Origin: a plasmid
Length of the DNA stretch: 64,000 bases
Sequence record: NZ_CP014093.1
Direction: 5' to 3' (one strand)
A program made the translations under genes and the position numbers. The notes under the pieces are model-generated. The model was not told where the DNA came from, did no database searches, and worked only from the letters and a program-made list of their open reading frames with translations. This document shows, piece by piece, positions 10,095 to 22,231 of the stretch. Position 1 is the first letter of the stretch; the number at the start of each line of letters is the position of its first letter.

Positions 10095-10536
10095 GATTGT
10101 GCAAGTGTGTATATTATTTTATTAGTCGTTAGAGATCGATAGGCTTGCTTATGACCTATAGTTTATTGTCGAAAGATATTTATTAAGTATTGGAAAAAGT
10201 ATGGGCGTTTCAGATCACGGCATGCTCAATATTTGCCCATAGAAAGACCTTGTCTTCAATAGATAATCCCTAAACACAGTCTACACCAACGACATGTCTG
10301 GACAGGGCATCATATCTTGAAGAGAGCGGCATTGAGTTGTTAAAACAATGGTGGGCGATGACAAATGTCAGTCATAGTGCGCGTTGGTATGTGGATTTGG
10401 AGAGTACAGCGAGAGTCGATCAGCATCATAATATTGAAAGGCGGAGAAGTAGACTTTGCGTTCATATTTCTTGATAATCAGCTGCTTGGTTAGTCAGTTT
10501 GATCCCAGAAGGCGAAGTTAGTTAGAACGCTCAGGC

Positions 10537-10806
10537 ATGAAAAAGTGCTATATTGAATACATCACATCTTCACGCCCCCACAAAAGGAATTATACTATGC
10601 CGACCTACCAGGTCACTTACTTCAACGCGAAACACGCCGTAATGGATAGCGAATCTATATTCATGAAAAGTCTAACCAACGCAAAGCGTTCCGCAGAGCA
10701 TCATGCACCAGAGGGTACTGACCAAATTGAAATCAAAGATTTAATGGATAAAGTTCTGACTCGATTGATGCTTGAACAAGGCTGGGTTGATAACATCGAA
10801 GACTGA
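10537..10806 (+). CDS. hypothetical small protein (likely start at the internal Met, MPTYQVTYF...)
   Basis: ORF only. Confidence 0.3.
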   Translation: MKKCYIEYITSSRPHKRNYTMPTYQVTYFNAKHAVMDSESIFMKSLTNAKRSAEHHAPEGTDQIEIKDLMDKVLTRLMLEQGWVDNIED

Positions 10807-10819
10807 TATTGCCGAGCAA

Positions 10820-11044
10820 TCACGGTTCGTTTGGAGTGTCATCAATAAATACACAGGCTTGCTTAGTTTTTCGTACTAGCCTTTGACAAAATTTAATTTG
10901 TTTGTCTGTCAAAGCTTGTTCACGGTTGAGTTGGTCGAGTAAACCTGAAAGCATGTCTCTTTCCAAGTTACTCAGTTTTTCAGAATGCATGAGGAGTGTC
11001 GTATTGATAAGTTCAGAGAGGTTTCTTGAACTCACAATCCCCAT
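10820..11044 (-). CDS. hypothetical small protein
   Basis: ORF only. Confidence 0.25.
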   Translation of the reverse strand: MGIVSSRNLSELINTTLLMHSEKLSNLERDMLSGLLDQLNREQALTDKQIKFCQRLVRKTKQACVFIDDTPNEP

Positions 11045-11355
11045 TCCTTATTCCACTTCTTTTGTTCCTCAATATCTTCTGTTCGTTTGCGGACATCCTT
11101 TCTCTTAAGCTCTTCTGGTATCCATTTAATCCTTTTTCCTTTCGGATTAAGACCAAGTTGTTTCTGCTTTTGTGTCGGGTTAGGTAATTTGCTCACATAT
11201 AATCCTATTTTTTGATGGTTTACTGAATTTCGCACCGCATCCACGTTGGCTATGAAATAAACAATGATACTACACAAGTCAGCATAAAATAGACAAAAGT
11301 GAGTAGCACTAGTTAAATTAGCATTGTAAGTATCGCAAAAACTAGCTAGTTGCAA
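11032..11355 (-). CDS. hypothetical protein, basic C-terminus
   Basis: ORF only. Confidence 0.25.
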   Translation of the reverse strand: MQLASFCDTYNANLTSATHFCLFYADLCSIIVYFIANVDAVRNSVNHQKIGLYVSKLPNPTQKQKQLGLNPKGKRIKWIPEELKRKDVRKRTEDIEEQKKWNKEWGL

Positions 11356-11670
11356 CTTCGGCTATTTGCTCGCAGTCGGCATAAAGTCGTTTTTTGTTAG
11401 CGAATGCATTGGAAACTTACTAATGCTTTTTAAAATCATAACCTTACAGCCAAATTAAAATATGACCGAAGACTAAACTAACTATTTTCAATTTAAGACT
11501 TATACTTAAAGTAGCTCCGCGAATTTGAGTTATTTTTTCATTATAAAACAAGTTTCCTTTCACAGTTATTTTCGAAATTTTTCGTTTAACTTCTGCGACA
11601 GCCCTCTTGAGTGACTATGAAATAGCTCTAGTTACCAGAGCCTTAACCTATAGGATTAGTCGAGGTATAT

Positions 11671-11883
11671 ATGTCTGACAGAGAAACTGGATCAGTAAAA
11701 TGGTTTAACGAGAATAAAGGCTTTGGATTTATCACCAAAGATAGTGATGGCAAGGATATTTTTGTCCATTTCCGTTCGATTTCGTCTGATGGGTTTAAGA
11801 CCCTGTTGGAAGGGCAAAAAGTAAGTTTTGAAGTTGAACCAGGTGAGAAAGGACCGCACGCAACAAACGTGGCTCTCATCTAG
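11671..11883 (+). CDS. cspA: cold-shock protein (CspA family)
   Basis: [15 protein letters not shown]...DIFVHFRSI...[16 protein letters not shown]; long 5' UTR as in cspA genes. Confidence 0.9.
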   Translation: MSDRETGSVKWFNENKGFGFITKDSDGKDIFVHFRSISSDGFKTLLEGQKVSFEVEPGEKGPHATNVALI

Positions 11884-11891
11884 ATACGGCT

Positions 11892-11930
11892 GAAGGCATA
11901 GCAATCAAAAGCTTTGCCTTCATTTTTTGT
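11892..11930 (+). terminator. Rho-independent terminator after cspA
   Basis: gaaggcatagcaatcaaaagctttgccttc stem followed by attttttgt. Confidence 0.6.
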
Positions 11931-12127
11931 CTAGTTATTGTTTGATGGTAAAAGTCCATTCCAACTTCTTCCTTCTTTTCGAAATTCAACTCTGGTCCTT
12001 TCAGGTTATAGATTTTCAGCTGATCAAAGCTATTTGGATATGGGAAATATAAAAGTGTCCCAGAAAACAGTCTATGACAAGGAGGTGCCTTTTATAAAGG
12101 TCAACCATCATTGAAAGGAAACAAATC

Positions 12128-14850
12128 ATGATACCCACCAACGAGAAAACATGGCGCCAAACATATCTAAGTTCACTGAATTTAAAAGGTACAGAATACA
12201 GATACTGGTCATTAAAAAAACTTGCCCAAGATTATCAAGTAAACCTGTCCAAAATTCCCGTAACTAAACGTCTGCTTATTGAAAATGTAATGCGACAAAC
12301 CTCTGATTTAAAAGAGTCATCTCAAATTATTGAAGCATTGCTCTTTAAAAATAAGGCTCTCGACTCAGAGAGCAACGGTAATTCATCAGAATTAAGTTTC
12401 TATCCTAGTAGAGTACTGATGCAGGACTATACTGGGATACCTGCTTTAGTCGATTTAGCCGCAATAAGAGATGCAGTAGCTCAAGAAGGCGGAGATCCGA
12501 GTTATGTAACGCCTAAATGTCCGGTTGATCTTGTCATAGACCATTCGTTAATTGTTTATCAATCAGGTTCAGAATCTTCGATACAAACAAATCGCGCACA
12601 TGAAATGGCACGAAATAGAGAGCGTTATACATTTCTAAAATGGGCACAAAAGAACTTCCGTAACTTGACAGTGATCCCTCCCGGTAAGGGGATATGCCAT
12701 CAAGTTAATCTGGAATATCTATCTCAAGTTGTGCGCGAAGACGAAAAAAGAGTGTTAACACCAGACACGGTAATAGGAACCGATAGCCACACCACTATGA
12801 TAAACGGGTTAGGCGTGTTGGGTTGGGGAGTGGGAGGCATAGAAGCCGAAGCTGCAATGCTTGGTCAGCCACTAAATATCGCCATCCCACGAGTTGTCGG
12901 AGTACGTCTTGATGGGCAATTGCGTCCCGGTGTGACTGCGACCGATTTGGTTTTGACGATCACAGAAAGGTTAAGGTCTCATGGCGTGGTTGGTAAGTTC
13001 GTTGAGTACTATGGTGACGGCTTAGCAACTCTATCGGTGGCAGACCGAGCAACGCTTGCCAATATGGCACCAGAGTATGGAGCCACTTGCGGATTTTTCC
13101 CAATTGATGAAAATACTATCGCCTATTTAACCCTGACAAACCGCCCTTCTTCACTGATTGATAGAGTGCGGGCGTACGCTCTAGAGCAAGATCTATGGTG
13201 GGATACAAACCGCCCTTCACCAGAGTATGACGAAAATGTTGTAGTCGATTTATCTGCTATCGGTACCTCAATAGCAGGGCCCAAACGACCTCAAGACAGA
13301 CTTAATATCAGCGCCATTAAGCAAGCGACTCTTGACCAATGTGCTATTGAAGGTGCCGCAAACTCAAGCCAGCCAGGCTCATCCAGACCCTTACATAATG
13401 GTGATGTCGTCATTGCAGCTATCACCTCGTGCACTAACACGTCAAACCCCGCTGTTATGCTGACTGCGGGTTTGGTGGCTAAGGCAGCAGTTAAAAAAGG
13501 GTTAACCATTCCTAGCTACGTCAAAACTTCTCTCGCCCCCGGTTCATTAGCTGTCGCTCGATATCTCAATGATACGGGTTTGCAAGACTACCTCGACCTA
13601 TTGGGATTTCATCGAGTTGGATACGGTTGCACAACATGCATTGGTAACTCTGGCCCATTAAAAAACAATCTTGAAACTGAGATCTTGGAAAACAGCCTGA
13701 ATGTATCGGCGGTATTATCAGGTAATCGCAACTTTGAAGGTAGAGTACACCCCTCTGTTAGCCTAAACTGGCTTGCCTCGCCACCTTTAGTCGTCGCATT
13801 TGCGTTAGCGGGTACGACCTGTATTGACTTAGAAATAGACCCAATTGCGCTCAATACTAACAACGAGCCCGTCTATCTAAAAGATCTGTGGCCAAGCCAA
13901 GCCATGCTAGATGAAATGCTAAATCAAGTCCATGAGAGCCACTTTAGATTGAGTTACAGCGACATTACTGAAGGTGATGAAGAGTGGGAGCAATTGTCAA
14001 TGAAAGATAGCCCCTGCTACCCTTGGGACGAAGGCTCCACTTACATACAACGCCCTCCTTTTTTGGAAGTACCACCGCCGACTTTTCCTGTTGAATCAGC
14101 GCGTGTATTAGCCATTTTGGGGGATTCAATTACGACCGACCATATTTCACCAGCAGGCCGCATTTCAGAGCATAGTCCGGCGGGTCAATATCTACTTTCA
14201 AAAAACATCACACCCGAAGAGTTTAATAGTTATGGTTCACGCCGAGGAAATCATCACATCATGGTTCGTGGACTTTTTCAAATGTACGTTTGGAAAACAA
14301 AATCGCCTTACCGACGATAGGCGGTGTCACGCGATGTTATGGCGATACCAAACTGGATGACTGTAACATGTCAACCACTGAGAAAGCTCCTCCCATCATT
14401 CCTATTTACGACGCCAGCAGGAGGTCAATCGAACTTAACGTTCCGTTGGTAATATTTGCTGGCAAAGACTATGGTTCAGGCTCTAGTCGTGACTGGGCGG
14501 CAAAAGGTTGTTTGTTATTGAATGTGAAAGCGGTCATCGCGGAATCGTTTGAGCGAATTCATCGTAGTAATTTAGTCGGTATGGGCATACTGCCTCTTCA
14601 ACTGATGCGACCAGATGAATTAAATTCACTGACTTTAGAGGGTAATGAGACTGTTTTTATTGCCCCCCACGAACCTATTAAGCCGTTATTGGAGCTCAAT
14701 ATTATCGTAGTAACAGCGCAAGGTGCTGAGCTCACCATACCTGTTACTGCTCGTATAGATAACCCTAAGGAACTGGAGTATTTTAACTCGGGGGGTATTC
14801 TTCAATATGTTCTGAAGCAGCTGACAGCTAATATTCCTAAAATGTCATAG
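12128..14850 (+). CDS. aconitate hydratase (AcnA/AcnD family), disrupted by a single frameshift near 14290-14320 (ORFs 12128..14320 and 14290..14850)
   Basis: aconitase blocks DSHTTMINGLGVLGWGVGGIEAEAAMLGQP and CTTCIGNSG; C-terminal swivel domain continues in the +1 frame; the shift sits at a T-homopolymer (ggactttttcaaatg). Confidence 0.75.
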
Positions 14851-14881
14851 TGAAGTCTCGCGTCTTAGATTACGGGGTAGC

Positions 14882-14922
14882 AGTCTGCGGTAGTTTTTCA
14901 CCGCAGACTGTCTATACATTTC
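14882..14922. terminator. bidirectional hairpin terminator between convergent acn and nhaA
   Basis: cagtctgcggtagtttttcaccgcagactg. Confidence 0.6.
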
Positions 14923-14926
14923 AGAT

Positions 14927-16279
14927 TCAGATGTTGTTCTGTTTTTCTCTTACAGAGAAATACCGTAAAAAAGTGAGACCGAGTAAAGCTGAACAGATGG
15001 AAGCTGAGAAAATTCCAAGTTTTGCTGCATTAATTTGATCAGGGCTATAGGCTAACTCTGAGATAAACAAGGCCATCGTAAAGCCAATGCCAGCCAACAT
15101 CCCACCCCCCAAAATCATTCCCCAATTCATATTTTCTGGAAGCATGGCTAACCGGAGTCTTACGGATATCCAACTGAACAGCACAATACCTATAGGCTTG
15201 CCAAAAACAAAACCCAAAAAGACAGCAAAAGTAATTGGAGAAGTCGCGTTCGTACTGGTTAGTGAAATCCCAGCATTAGCAAAGGCGAATAGTGGTAAAA
15301 TGATAAACCCGACCCAAGGATGAAGTAACATTTCTAAGCGCTCGACCGGTGAAAGCGTTTCACGGGCCGCCGCCGCAGCTGTCCTTAAAGTCTCTCCTTC
15401 AATCTTATCTCCGCTCCATTGCTTCATAGGAGATGATGCCACTATTGAGTCCACAATAGTGGAGAGGTGTTGCTTGCTGACCCACTTATTTGTGGGGGTT
15501 AATAAGCCTAGAATCACACCAGTAATTGTCGGATGTATACCAGACATGTCGACCGACAACCATATCATTCCTCCAACAAGAGAGAAGAGTACAATACTGC
15601 GAACTCCCAAGAAGCTCATACCTCGAACAATAATAAAACCTATCAATGCATAAACCACGGGCCGCCATTCAATGTCATTACCATAACCAATAGCCACAAC
15701 AAAGATTGCGCCAATATCATCGACTACGGCCATTGATAACATGAATATTCGTAAGCTACTCGGAATACTTCGTCCTAAGAGTGCTAGGCACCCGATTACA
15801 AATGCGGTATCCGTCGCCATCACAGTCCCCCAACCATGATGCCCTGGCTCACCAAATTGGATAAATAAATAGAAAAGAGGAGGTAACAACATCCCACCAA
15901 GAGCGGCAGCAATGGAAAGTACAGCTAATTTTGGATTACGAAGTTCACCCAGCACCAACTCACGCTTAAGTTCTAAGGCAATGAGAAAGAAAAACAAAGT
16001 CATTCCAGCATCGTTTATCCATTTGTGTAAAGAACGCTCAAAGACTAAATCACCGAAAGTAATCCCTACCGAAATCTGCCAAAAATGAGCAAACTCTTCA
16101 CTTAGATTTGAATTGGCAAGTAAAACAGCAAGTACTGCTGAAACAAATAGAACAATGCCTGCTGCGGATTCAATATGTATAAAACGGTTTACTGGTTGAG
16201 CAACCCAATCAATGTACTCTTTTGGTAATCGAGTCGGATTAGTTGGTACTATTGGGATTTTTTTACTCATTGTTTTCAA
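14927..16279 (-). CDS. nhaA: Na+/H+ antiporter NhaA with an N-terminal extension
   Basis: 450 aa, 11-12 TM; matches E. coli NhaA along the length (WINDAGMTLFFFLIALELKREL, ATDTAFVIGCLALLG, HPTITGVILGLLTP). Confidence 0.8.
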   Translation of the reverse strand: MKTMSKKIPIVPTNPTRLPKEYIDWVAQPVNRFIHIESAAGIVLFVSAVLAVLLANSNLSEEFAHFWQISVGITFGDLVFERSLHKWINDAGMTLFFFLIALELKRELVLGELRNPKLAVLSIAAALGGMLLPPLFYLFIQFGEPGHHGWGTVMATDTAFVIGCLALLGRSIPSSLRIFMLSMAVVDDIGAIFVVAIGYGNDIEWRPVVYALIGFIIVRGMSFLGVRSIVLFSLVGGMIWLSVDMSGIHPTITGVILGLLTPTNKWVSKQHLSTIVDSIVASSPMKQWSGDKIEGETLRTAAAAARETLSPVERLEMLLHPWVGFIILPLFAFANAGISLTSTNATSPITFAVFLGFVFGKPIGIVLFSWISVRLRLAMLPENMNWGMILGGGMLAGIGFTMALFISELAYSPDQINAAKLGIFSASICSALLGLTFLRYFSVREKQNNI

Positions 16280-17255
16280 CTGTAGGTATTAAGTTACCTT
16301 CAATGCTATTGAGAAACCTGAATATGTCACTGTTAGTAGATAAAACAAGCGTTGTATTTTCTGAAATGATAGTTGAGTAAGACTGCATTGTTCGCGTGAA
16401 CTCATAAAGGTCTCTCGCTTGAGGGCTTTTATTGTAAGCTAACGAATAAATTTCGGCGGCTTTGGCATCAGCTTGTCCGCGAATCTCTTCGACTTCACGA
16501 TAGGCTTCAGACTGGATTTTATTCAAATCTCTGATGCGGTCACCACGAATCCTCGCTGCTTCCCCATTCCCTTCGGATAAAAAACGTTCCGCGATTTGCC
16601 GACGTTCACTAATCATTCGTTCGTAAATTTTAGGGCGAACACTTTCATTGTAATTAATACGTTTGAAGCGAATATCGAGCAATTCAATACCAAATATCTT
16701 TATTTTTTCTGACGCAGCAGAGAATATTTCTTGTTCTACTAGTTGACGCCCTTTTTTAATAGGAACAAGGGTGCCAATTTTTAACTCTCCGTCACTGTCA
16801 CTTAATAAGGCATCTCGTAACGGTTTTCTGTTTTTGTTGGTACGAATTATTTCGATTAGTTCATGCTTTGCGACAGCATTTCGCGTCTCACTTCCTAAAA
16901 TATCGTCAAGACGAGATTGTGCACTACGCTCATCTTTGATTCTTAAAAAGTATTGAAGTGGGTCGGTTATTCGCCATCGAGCGAATAAATCAACTGAAAT
17001 ATACAGCTTATCTTTTGTGGGCATATCGGAAGGGTTGCCATCCCACTCCAACACTCTTTTGTCTATAGTGTTAATCTCATGAATGAATGGCATTTTTATC
17101 TTTAACCCGGCATCCACAACAGGTTCTCCTATTGGCTTCCCAAACTGAGTAATAATGACCTGTTGTACTTCACTCACGGTGTAAAGTGCGTTGTATATAC
17201 CAAGAGAGACACATAAAACTAATGCGGTTATGACTCCTATTTTTTTCGGTTTCAT
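16263..17255 (-). CDS. hflC: HflC (SPFH/band-7 modulator of FtsH)
   Basis: N-terminal TM, band-7 core, coiled-coil C-terminus; follows hflK. Confidence 0.8.
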   Translation of the reverse strand: MKPKKIGVITALVLCVSLGIYNALYTVSEVQQVIITQFGKPIGEPVVDAGLKIKMPFIHEINTIDKRVLEWDGNPSDMPTKDKLYISVDLFARWRITDPLQYFLRIKDERSAQSRLDDILGSETRNAVAKHELIEIIRTNKNRKPLRDALLSDSDGELKIGTLVPIKKGRQLVEQEIFSAASEKIKIFGIELLDIRFKRINYNESVRPKIYERMISERRQIAERFLSEGNGEAARIRGDRIRDLNKIQSEAYREVEEIRGQADAKAAEIYSLAYNKSPQARDLYEFTRTMQSYSTIISENTTLVLSTNSDIFRFLNSIEGNLIPTVENNE

Positions 17256-18315
17256 TGTGCATCTCCTTGTGTCTTATTGAGATTAAGTAAAGGTAAGATA
17301 TTGTTTGCTCGCTCATCAATGATAATTTTGGCCCGAATATTCGGTAATACAGCTTGCATGGTTTCTAAGTAGATTCTTCGTTTGGTCACTTCTGGAGCTT
17401 TAACGTACTCAAACAATAGTGCATTAAATCGCGCTGTATCCCCCTCGGCTTCATTCACTCTTTTTAAACGATAACCATCAGCCTCTCTGATCCTTTGATC
17501 TTTTTCTCCTAAAGCTAAAGGGATCACTTTGTTGTAATCTCGACGAGCTTCATTAATAAGCTTTTCTTTTTCCTGTTGGGCTTGGTTCACTTCGTTAAAT
17601 GATGCCTGAACAGGTTGAGGAGGGTTGATGTTTTTCAATTGCACTTGGTCAATACTGATTCCTAAGGCATATTTCGTTGAGAGCGCCTGCATTTTTGAAA
17701 GCGCTTCATATTCAATTTCTTGTCGGCCTATTGTGATCACTTCATCCACAGTTCTATCCCCGACAACTTCACGCATTACGGACTCAGAAACATATCGAAG
17801 CGTTTCACTAGGTTCCCGGACTTCGAACAAAAACTTAATAGGTTCAGAAATTCGATATTGAACCACCCACTCCACAAGGCAGCATTTAAATCACCAGTGA
17901 CCATTTGTGTCTCTTGGCGACGATCGTTCACTCTGGGACTTTGGTGAGGATCATTAGCTCCTGGCGTCGTAAAACCAAACTCTTGTTTCAGCTGACGTTT
18001 AACTGGAACTATTTTTACCGTGTCAATACCAAGTGGAACCTTGATATGGAGCCCCGCAGGAACATTATTTACATACTTACCAAAGCGTTGTATGACAGCG
18101 ACAGAATCACTTGGAACGGTATAAAATGTTGACCATAAAATGAGAACTAAAAATAAAATAATAAATGGAGAAAAAAAGCTCGACGGTCCGCCACCGATAA
18201 GAATTTTCTTGAAGTGCTGAAGAATAGTATGAAAAGCTTTTTTCAAATGTGGAGGATCTTGCTGACCTCCGCCCCAGGGGTTTCCTGAAGAATTGTTACT
18301 TGGGAGCATGAGCAT
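17252..18315 (-). CDS. hflK: HflK, apparently frameshifted (N-terminal part 17776..18315, C-terminal part 17252..17875 in another frame)
   Basis: two overlapping ORFs together give ~386 aa of HflK-like sequence (VIQRFGKYVNNVPAGLHIKVP ... SPFH core ... coiled coil). Confidence 0.75.
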
Positions 18316-19145
18316 GCCCTCCGGCTATAGGTAAGGAATTTGACCTATGCAAAATTGAATGAGGTAGGTAGCGCTTAATCAACTAGAGTAAATTGTGTGC
18401 AGTTTACGATTAGTTACTAAGTGTTGCCTTAGGATAGGGACGGTCTATTTAAACTTCTAATATAATCAGAAATTATTAGCTTGTATGATTTCTAACTATA
18501 TCTCAGCTCTACAGTAACCCCTAATTACTAGGCTCTTTTTATCACTAGCGTTATGCGACGTGTAGTTATGTGAGAGCATACATCTTTAACTATTAGTATA
18601 GGTTATTTATGTCCGCATAAGGACAGATTTGGTAGTTTTTCTACAACGGAACGAGCCTTGTAGAGAAGTATGAAACCAGAGGCGTAATAGAACATCTAGC
18701 CATTGTTGCTACCGGGGTCAGGTTTATGATGAATGGAAGGTCAACTGAAAGAAAACGTAAAATCTGGCGCAAGTTACATTTAGTCGTAGACACCAGCACA
18801 AACGAAAGGGCACATGGAGATCCTCGCATTGCTAGAAGCTCTACGGTTCAAATAGGAAGTGGAAAAAGCGCTATGGTTATGGCAAGTGCTCACTCTCCGA
18901 AACAGCCATGTATCAAGTGAAGTAGTTGCTGGGGGAGAAACTAAGCTCAAGAAACTTGCTCAAGTTGGTAAAACCTAGGCCATGATAAAAGTGCTCAACA
19001 ACCCCGCCTCTCTTACGTAACTTTATGTTCAACACCAGTGTAACACTTAAGACATCAATACTAAAAGAGGTAAGAGAGGTCGTAATTCTTAGTAGAAAAA
19101 GTTTGGGTAAATTTGATATAGAGTAGACGAAACTATTTCAAATGG

Positions 19146-19349
19146 TTAATTTTTATTAATATATCGTTCAGCATTTGAAAATAATTTATCGCATAACTTA
19201 TTTTGAACCATATATTCTTTTGAACCTACTTCCATAGATTCTAGAGTTTCTTTAGCTTCTTGATATTCTTTTACCATCATAGAAAATCGTTCTTCGAAGT
19301 TGTTTTTCTGCGTTTTTTTTATCGATTTCTTTCTTACTGGTTTTCTCAT
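19146..19349 (-). CDS. hypothetical small basic protein in an AT-rich islet
   Basis: ORF only. Confidence 0.25.
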   Translation of the reverse strand: MRKPVRKKSIKKTQKNNFEERFSMMVKEYQEAKETLESMEVGSKEYMVQNKLCDKLFSNAERYINKN

Positions 19350-19362
19350 ATAACTACTTACC

Positions 19363-19590
19363 TTATAAATCCCAAAGTTTTTTTTCTTCTCGTTCTAACA
19401 ATATATCTTCAATTTTTTTTCTAATTTTATGAATACTATTATAATTATCATTTGTACTAGAGCTTTTATTTTTTACCACTCTTGAGTTACTCTTAATCGA
19501 TGGTTTTTTCAAAGGATAGCCTCCTTCTTTGATATGAGTACAAAAATGCCTCCGAAACCTCACGTATGAATCTTTGATTTTCAAGTTCAC
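19363..19590 (-). CDS. hypothetical small protein in an AT-rich islet
   Basis: ORF only. Confidence 0.25.
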   Translation of the reverse strand: MNLKIKDSYVRFRRHFCTHIKEGGYPLKKPSIKSNSRVVKNKSSSTNDNYNSIHKIRKKIEDILLEREEKKLWDL

Positions 19591-19790
19591 AAAATGAAAA
19601 TAGAGGTCAAAGAAGCTGGTATTTTACCTAGTAAGAACATGGTTTTTTAGTACATCATTTTTTACCTATTTTCTGGTAACAGACCAAGAAATACCAATAT
19701 TATTTTAGATTATTTTTTAGAGTCATCGGGCTGATTATTAAAATTAAACAAAAAAGACCTCGACTAACGAAGAGATCTTTTAAATAATTC

Positions 19791-20003
19791 TTATACTAAA
19801 GTAACGTTGTCAGCTTGTGGGCCTTTGTTACCTTGTTCAACATTAAAAGAAACCTTTTGGCCTTCAGATAATGTTTTGAAACCTTCTTCAACAATTGATC
19901 TGAAATGAACGAATAGGTCAGTACCACCGTCATCTGGAGTGATGAATCCAAAACCTTTAGTTTCATTAAACCATTTTACTGATCCAGTTGTTTTATTTGA
20001 CAT
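19791..20003 (-). CDS. cold-shock protein paralog (CspA family)
   Basis: [14 protein letters not shown]...DLFVHFRSI...[18 protein letters not shown]; start likely at the internal (G/A)TG preceding SNKTTG. Confidence 0.85.
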   Translation of the reverse strand: MSNKTTGSVKWFNETKGFGFITPDDGGTDLFVHFRSIVEEGFKTLSEGQKVSFNVEQGNKGPQADNVTLV

Positions 20004-20298
20004 AATATATCTCGACACATTGAATTAATAAAAAAGAAAGCTACTAAATAAGGAATGAAGAAAAAGGTATCGCAGGATAGATATGACGAACTTAATCGAA
20101 TAAAAACTGAGAAGATCTTGAACTAAATGTATTATCAATAGCTCACTGTTTGAGCTTCAGATACTATACACTATGTGTAAATAATAGATATGCATTTCTT
20201 GATTAAAATTTTATTATCTATTAAATCAATCACTTACAGGTAGGGGCATAGTAAAAAAATGGTACGTCAGATTAAAATCTACGGTATCATTAGAGTAA

Positions 20299-20499
20299 TT
20301 ATTGCAAACAGATATTCGATACAACAATGAAGCCTGTTTTTAACTTTGAAAGAGGCATAAACAAGTCAACACGATAAAGGAAAAGAGTTCGGATGAAAAT
20401 AAGGAAGTGACAAAGGCCATAATTGACAGAACTGTTTTCAAAAAAAACCATAATCAGGAATAATAGAAGGAAAGTAACAGCTAGCACCGTAGTGATCAA
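20299..20499 (-). CDS. hypothetical small hydrophobic protein (AT-rich islet)
   Basis: ORF only. Confidence 0.2.
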   Translation of the reverse strand: MITTVLAVTFLLLFLIMVFFENSSVNYGLCHFLIFIRTLFLYRVDLFMPLSKLKTGFIVVSNICLQ

Positions 20500-20563
20500 C
20501 TAAACTGTAATAGTTCAGACATGATCTGACAGTTACCCACTTTTCGACTCAGTGCCTGTCAAA

Positions 20564-20748
20564 TTACGTCTGGGCTAGATTCTTTTCAGTCCAGATTGAT
20601 TTCCCATCCTCTAATGTTTCTATTGGCATTCTGCCACAGCACATTTTTCCTTGATAAGTACGATGATTTTTGTAGTCCATCCATTCGTCCAGATCTTTTT
20701 GTAACTCCTCCATCGAACCATACAGTTTTTTCTGAACGTTATTTGTCG
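20564..20748 (-). pseudogene. C-terminal ~55-codon remnant of a DDE (rve-type) transposase, immediately 3' of the intron
   Basis: SMEELQKDLDEWMDYKNHRTYQGK...GRMPIETL resembles the C-terminal YNxxRPHxxLgxxTP region of IS3/IS481-type transposases; no N-terminal part anywhere nearby. Confidence 0.4.
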
Positions 20749-20784
20749 GATAGGCGACACCTGTTACCAGATGCCGCCCTCCTA

Positions 20785-20819
20785 AGAACCGTACGTGCAA
20801 CTTTCACTGCATACGGCTC
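20785..20819 (-). ncRNA. group II intron catalytic domain V
   Basis: 34-nt hairpin with AGC triad and GAAA tetraloop, matching the canonical DV consensus. Confidence 0.8.
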
Positions 20820-20854
20820 AAGCCTCCACTAAGGCGTTATTGTAACCCAGCAAC

Positions 20855-22231
20855 TCACAAAGCAGTGGCGACAGGGTCAAACCATGAGTTACGACCTGTG
20901 TTTTTCACCTTACGTTCATTGAGAAAACCTTCCCAAAAAGGATCGAACGGGTTCGCTTGACTCATGATTTTTACATGTCGCTTAATTGGCATCTGACCGA
21001 TTTGAAACAGTCGGATCACGCCATACAGTCCATCCTTTTTAAACCAGCCATGGAAAATCCATTGCCCTTGATAGTTTAGAAAGTACTTATGTGCGATCCA
21101 TTTGCGCCCCTTGTTTGGGTGACGCCTGACTGACCATCGCCATAACGCTAGAAACATCTGGTGGCCAACATAGCCGAAGGTTTGTTTAGCAACACAATGG
21201 CGATAGTAATTCGCCCATCCTCGTAGTTTCGGATTCATCATCTTGATGAGATCGGCTACTGGGATTGTTGCGTGTTTTCTAATGAGGTCACGCATGTTTC
21301 GTAAGAATGATAATACGTTGGACTTGCTCGGTTTAATGAGCAATTTCCCTTTGTACTTTCTGGCGTTAAAACCAAGAAAGTCAAAGCCATCATTGATATG
21401 AGTCACATGCGTTTTCTCTTCAGAAAGCGTTAAGCCTCTTTCTTGTAAGAAAGCCATCAGTTGCGGCTTAATGTCATTCATAAGGGCTTCCTTTGAAGAT
21501 CCTGTGATAACAAAGTCGTCAGCATAACCTATAAAGTTTACTCTGCTGCCTGTTTTGCGAGCGATAGACTTAGTTAACTTTTCTAGTCCGACAAGAGTAA
21601 GCAACATCAGGGTGGGTGAAATTATCCCGCCTTGTGGTGTTCCCTCTGCCGTTTTGTAGAACAGCCCCTTGTCTATATAGCCACATCCCAGCCATTGCTT
21701 GAGCATCCTTTTGTCTGTCGGGATATTATCCAAGTAGCCACTGGTGACCTATCTTGTCAAAACAAGCTTTGATATCCCCTCAAGAACCCATTGTGCTGCT
21801 CCCTTTTTGCATAGGCATTTGAAGCACTGCTGTATTGCATCGGCTGCGCTTCGATTGGGTCTAAAACCATAGCTGTTAGGGTCGGCAATTGTTTCAGATA
21901 TAGGTTCTAGTGCTAGAAGATGTAACGCTTGTTGCGCTCGGTCTATCATACACGGGATACCTAATGGTCTAAGCTTGCCGTTTTTCTTTGGGATATAGAT
22001 TCTTCTGAGCGGTTTGGCCCGATAGCCTTTTCTGCTCAGTAAACTGACTGCCGCCATTCGACGTGCATCGGTGTTCCAGGTGTCGCCGTCAATTCCTGGC
22101 GTTTTACTGCCTTTGTTTTGTGATACTCGACGAACAGCGAGAAGCTTTGCTGTTTTCGAGTGAGTCAGTATCCACTGTAGTGCTTTCGCCTTACCGTGTT
22201 TACCTTCTCGGATTGCTTTTGCAATGCGCAT
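20855..22231 (-). CDS. group II intron reverse transcriptase/maturase, interrupted by an in-frame TAG at ~21746-21748 (ORFs 21749..22231 and 20855..21733)
   Basis: RT blocks TPQGGIISP and YADDFVITG; C-terminal maturase/DNA-binding region; single in-frame stop, no frameshift. Confidence 0.8.

Noticed and set aside
18641-18920. Overlapping ORFs 18641..18829 (-) and 18726..18920 (+) in the hflK-upstream gap; a hidden ncRNA or retron msr/msd was considered.
   Set aside because: No RT gene is adjacent, no convincing a1/a2 inverted repeats were found, and no tRNA-like T-loop was seen. It is left unannotated, though an Rfam scan would be worthwhile.
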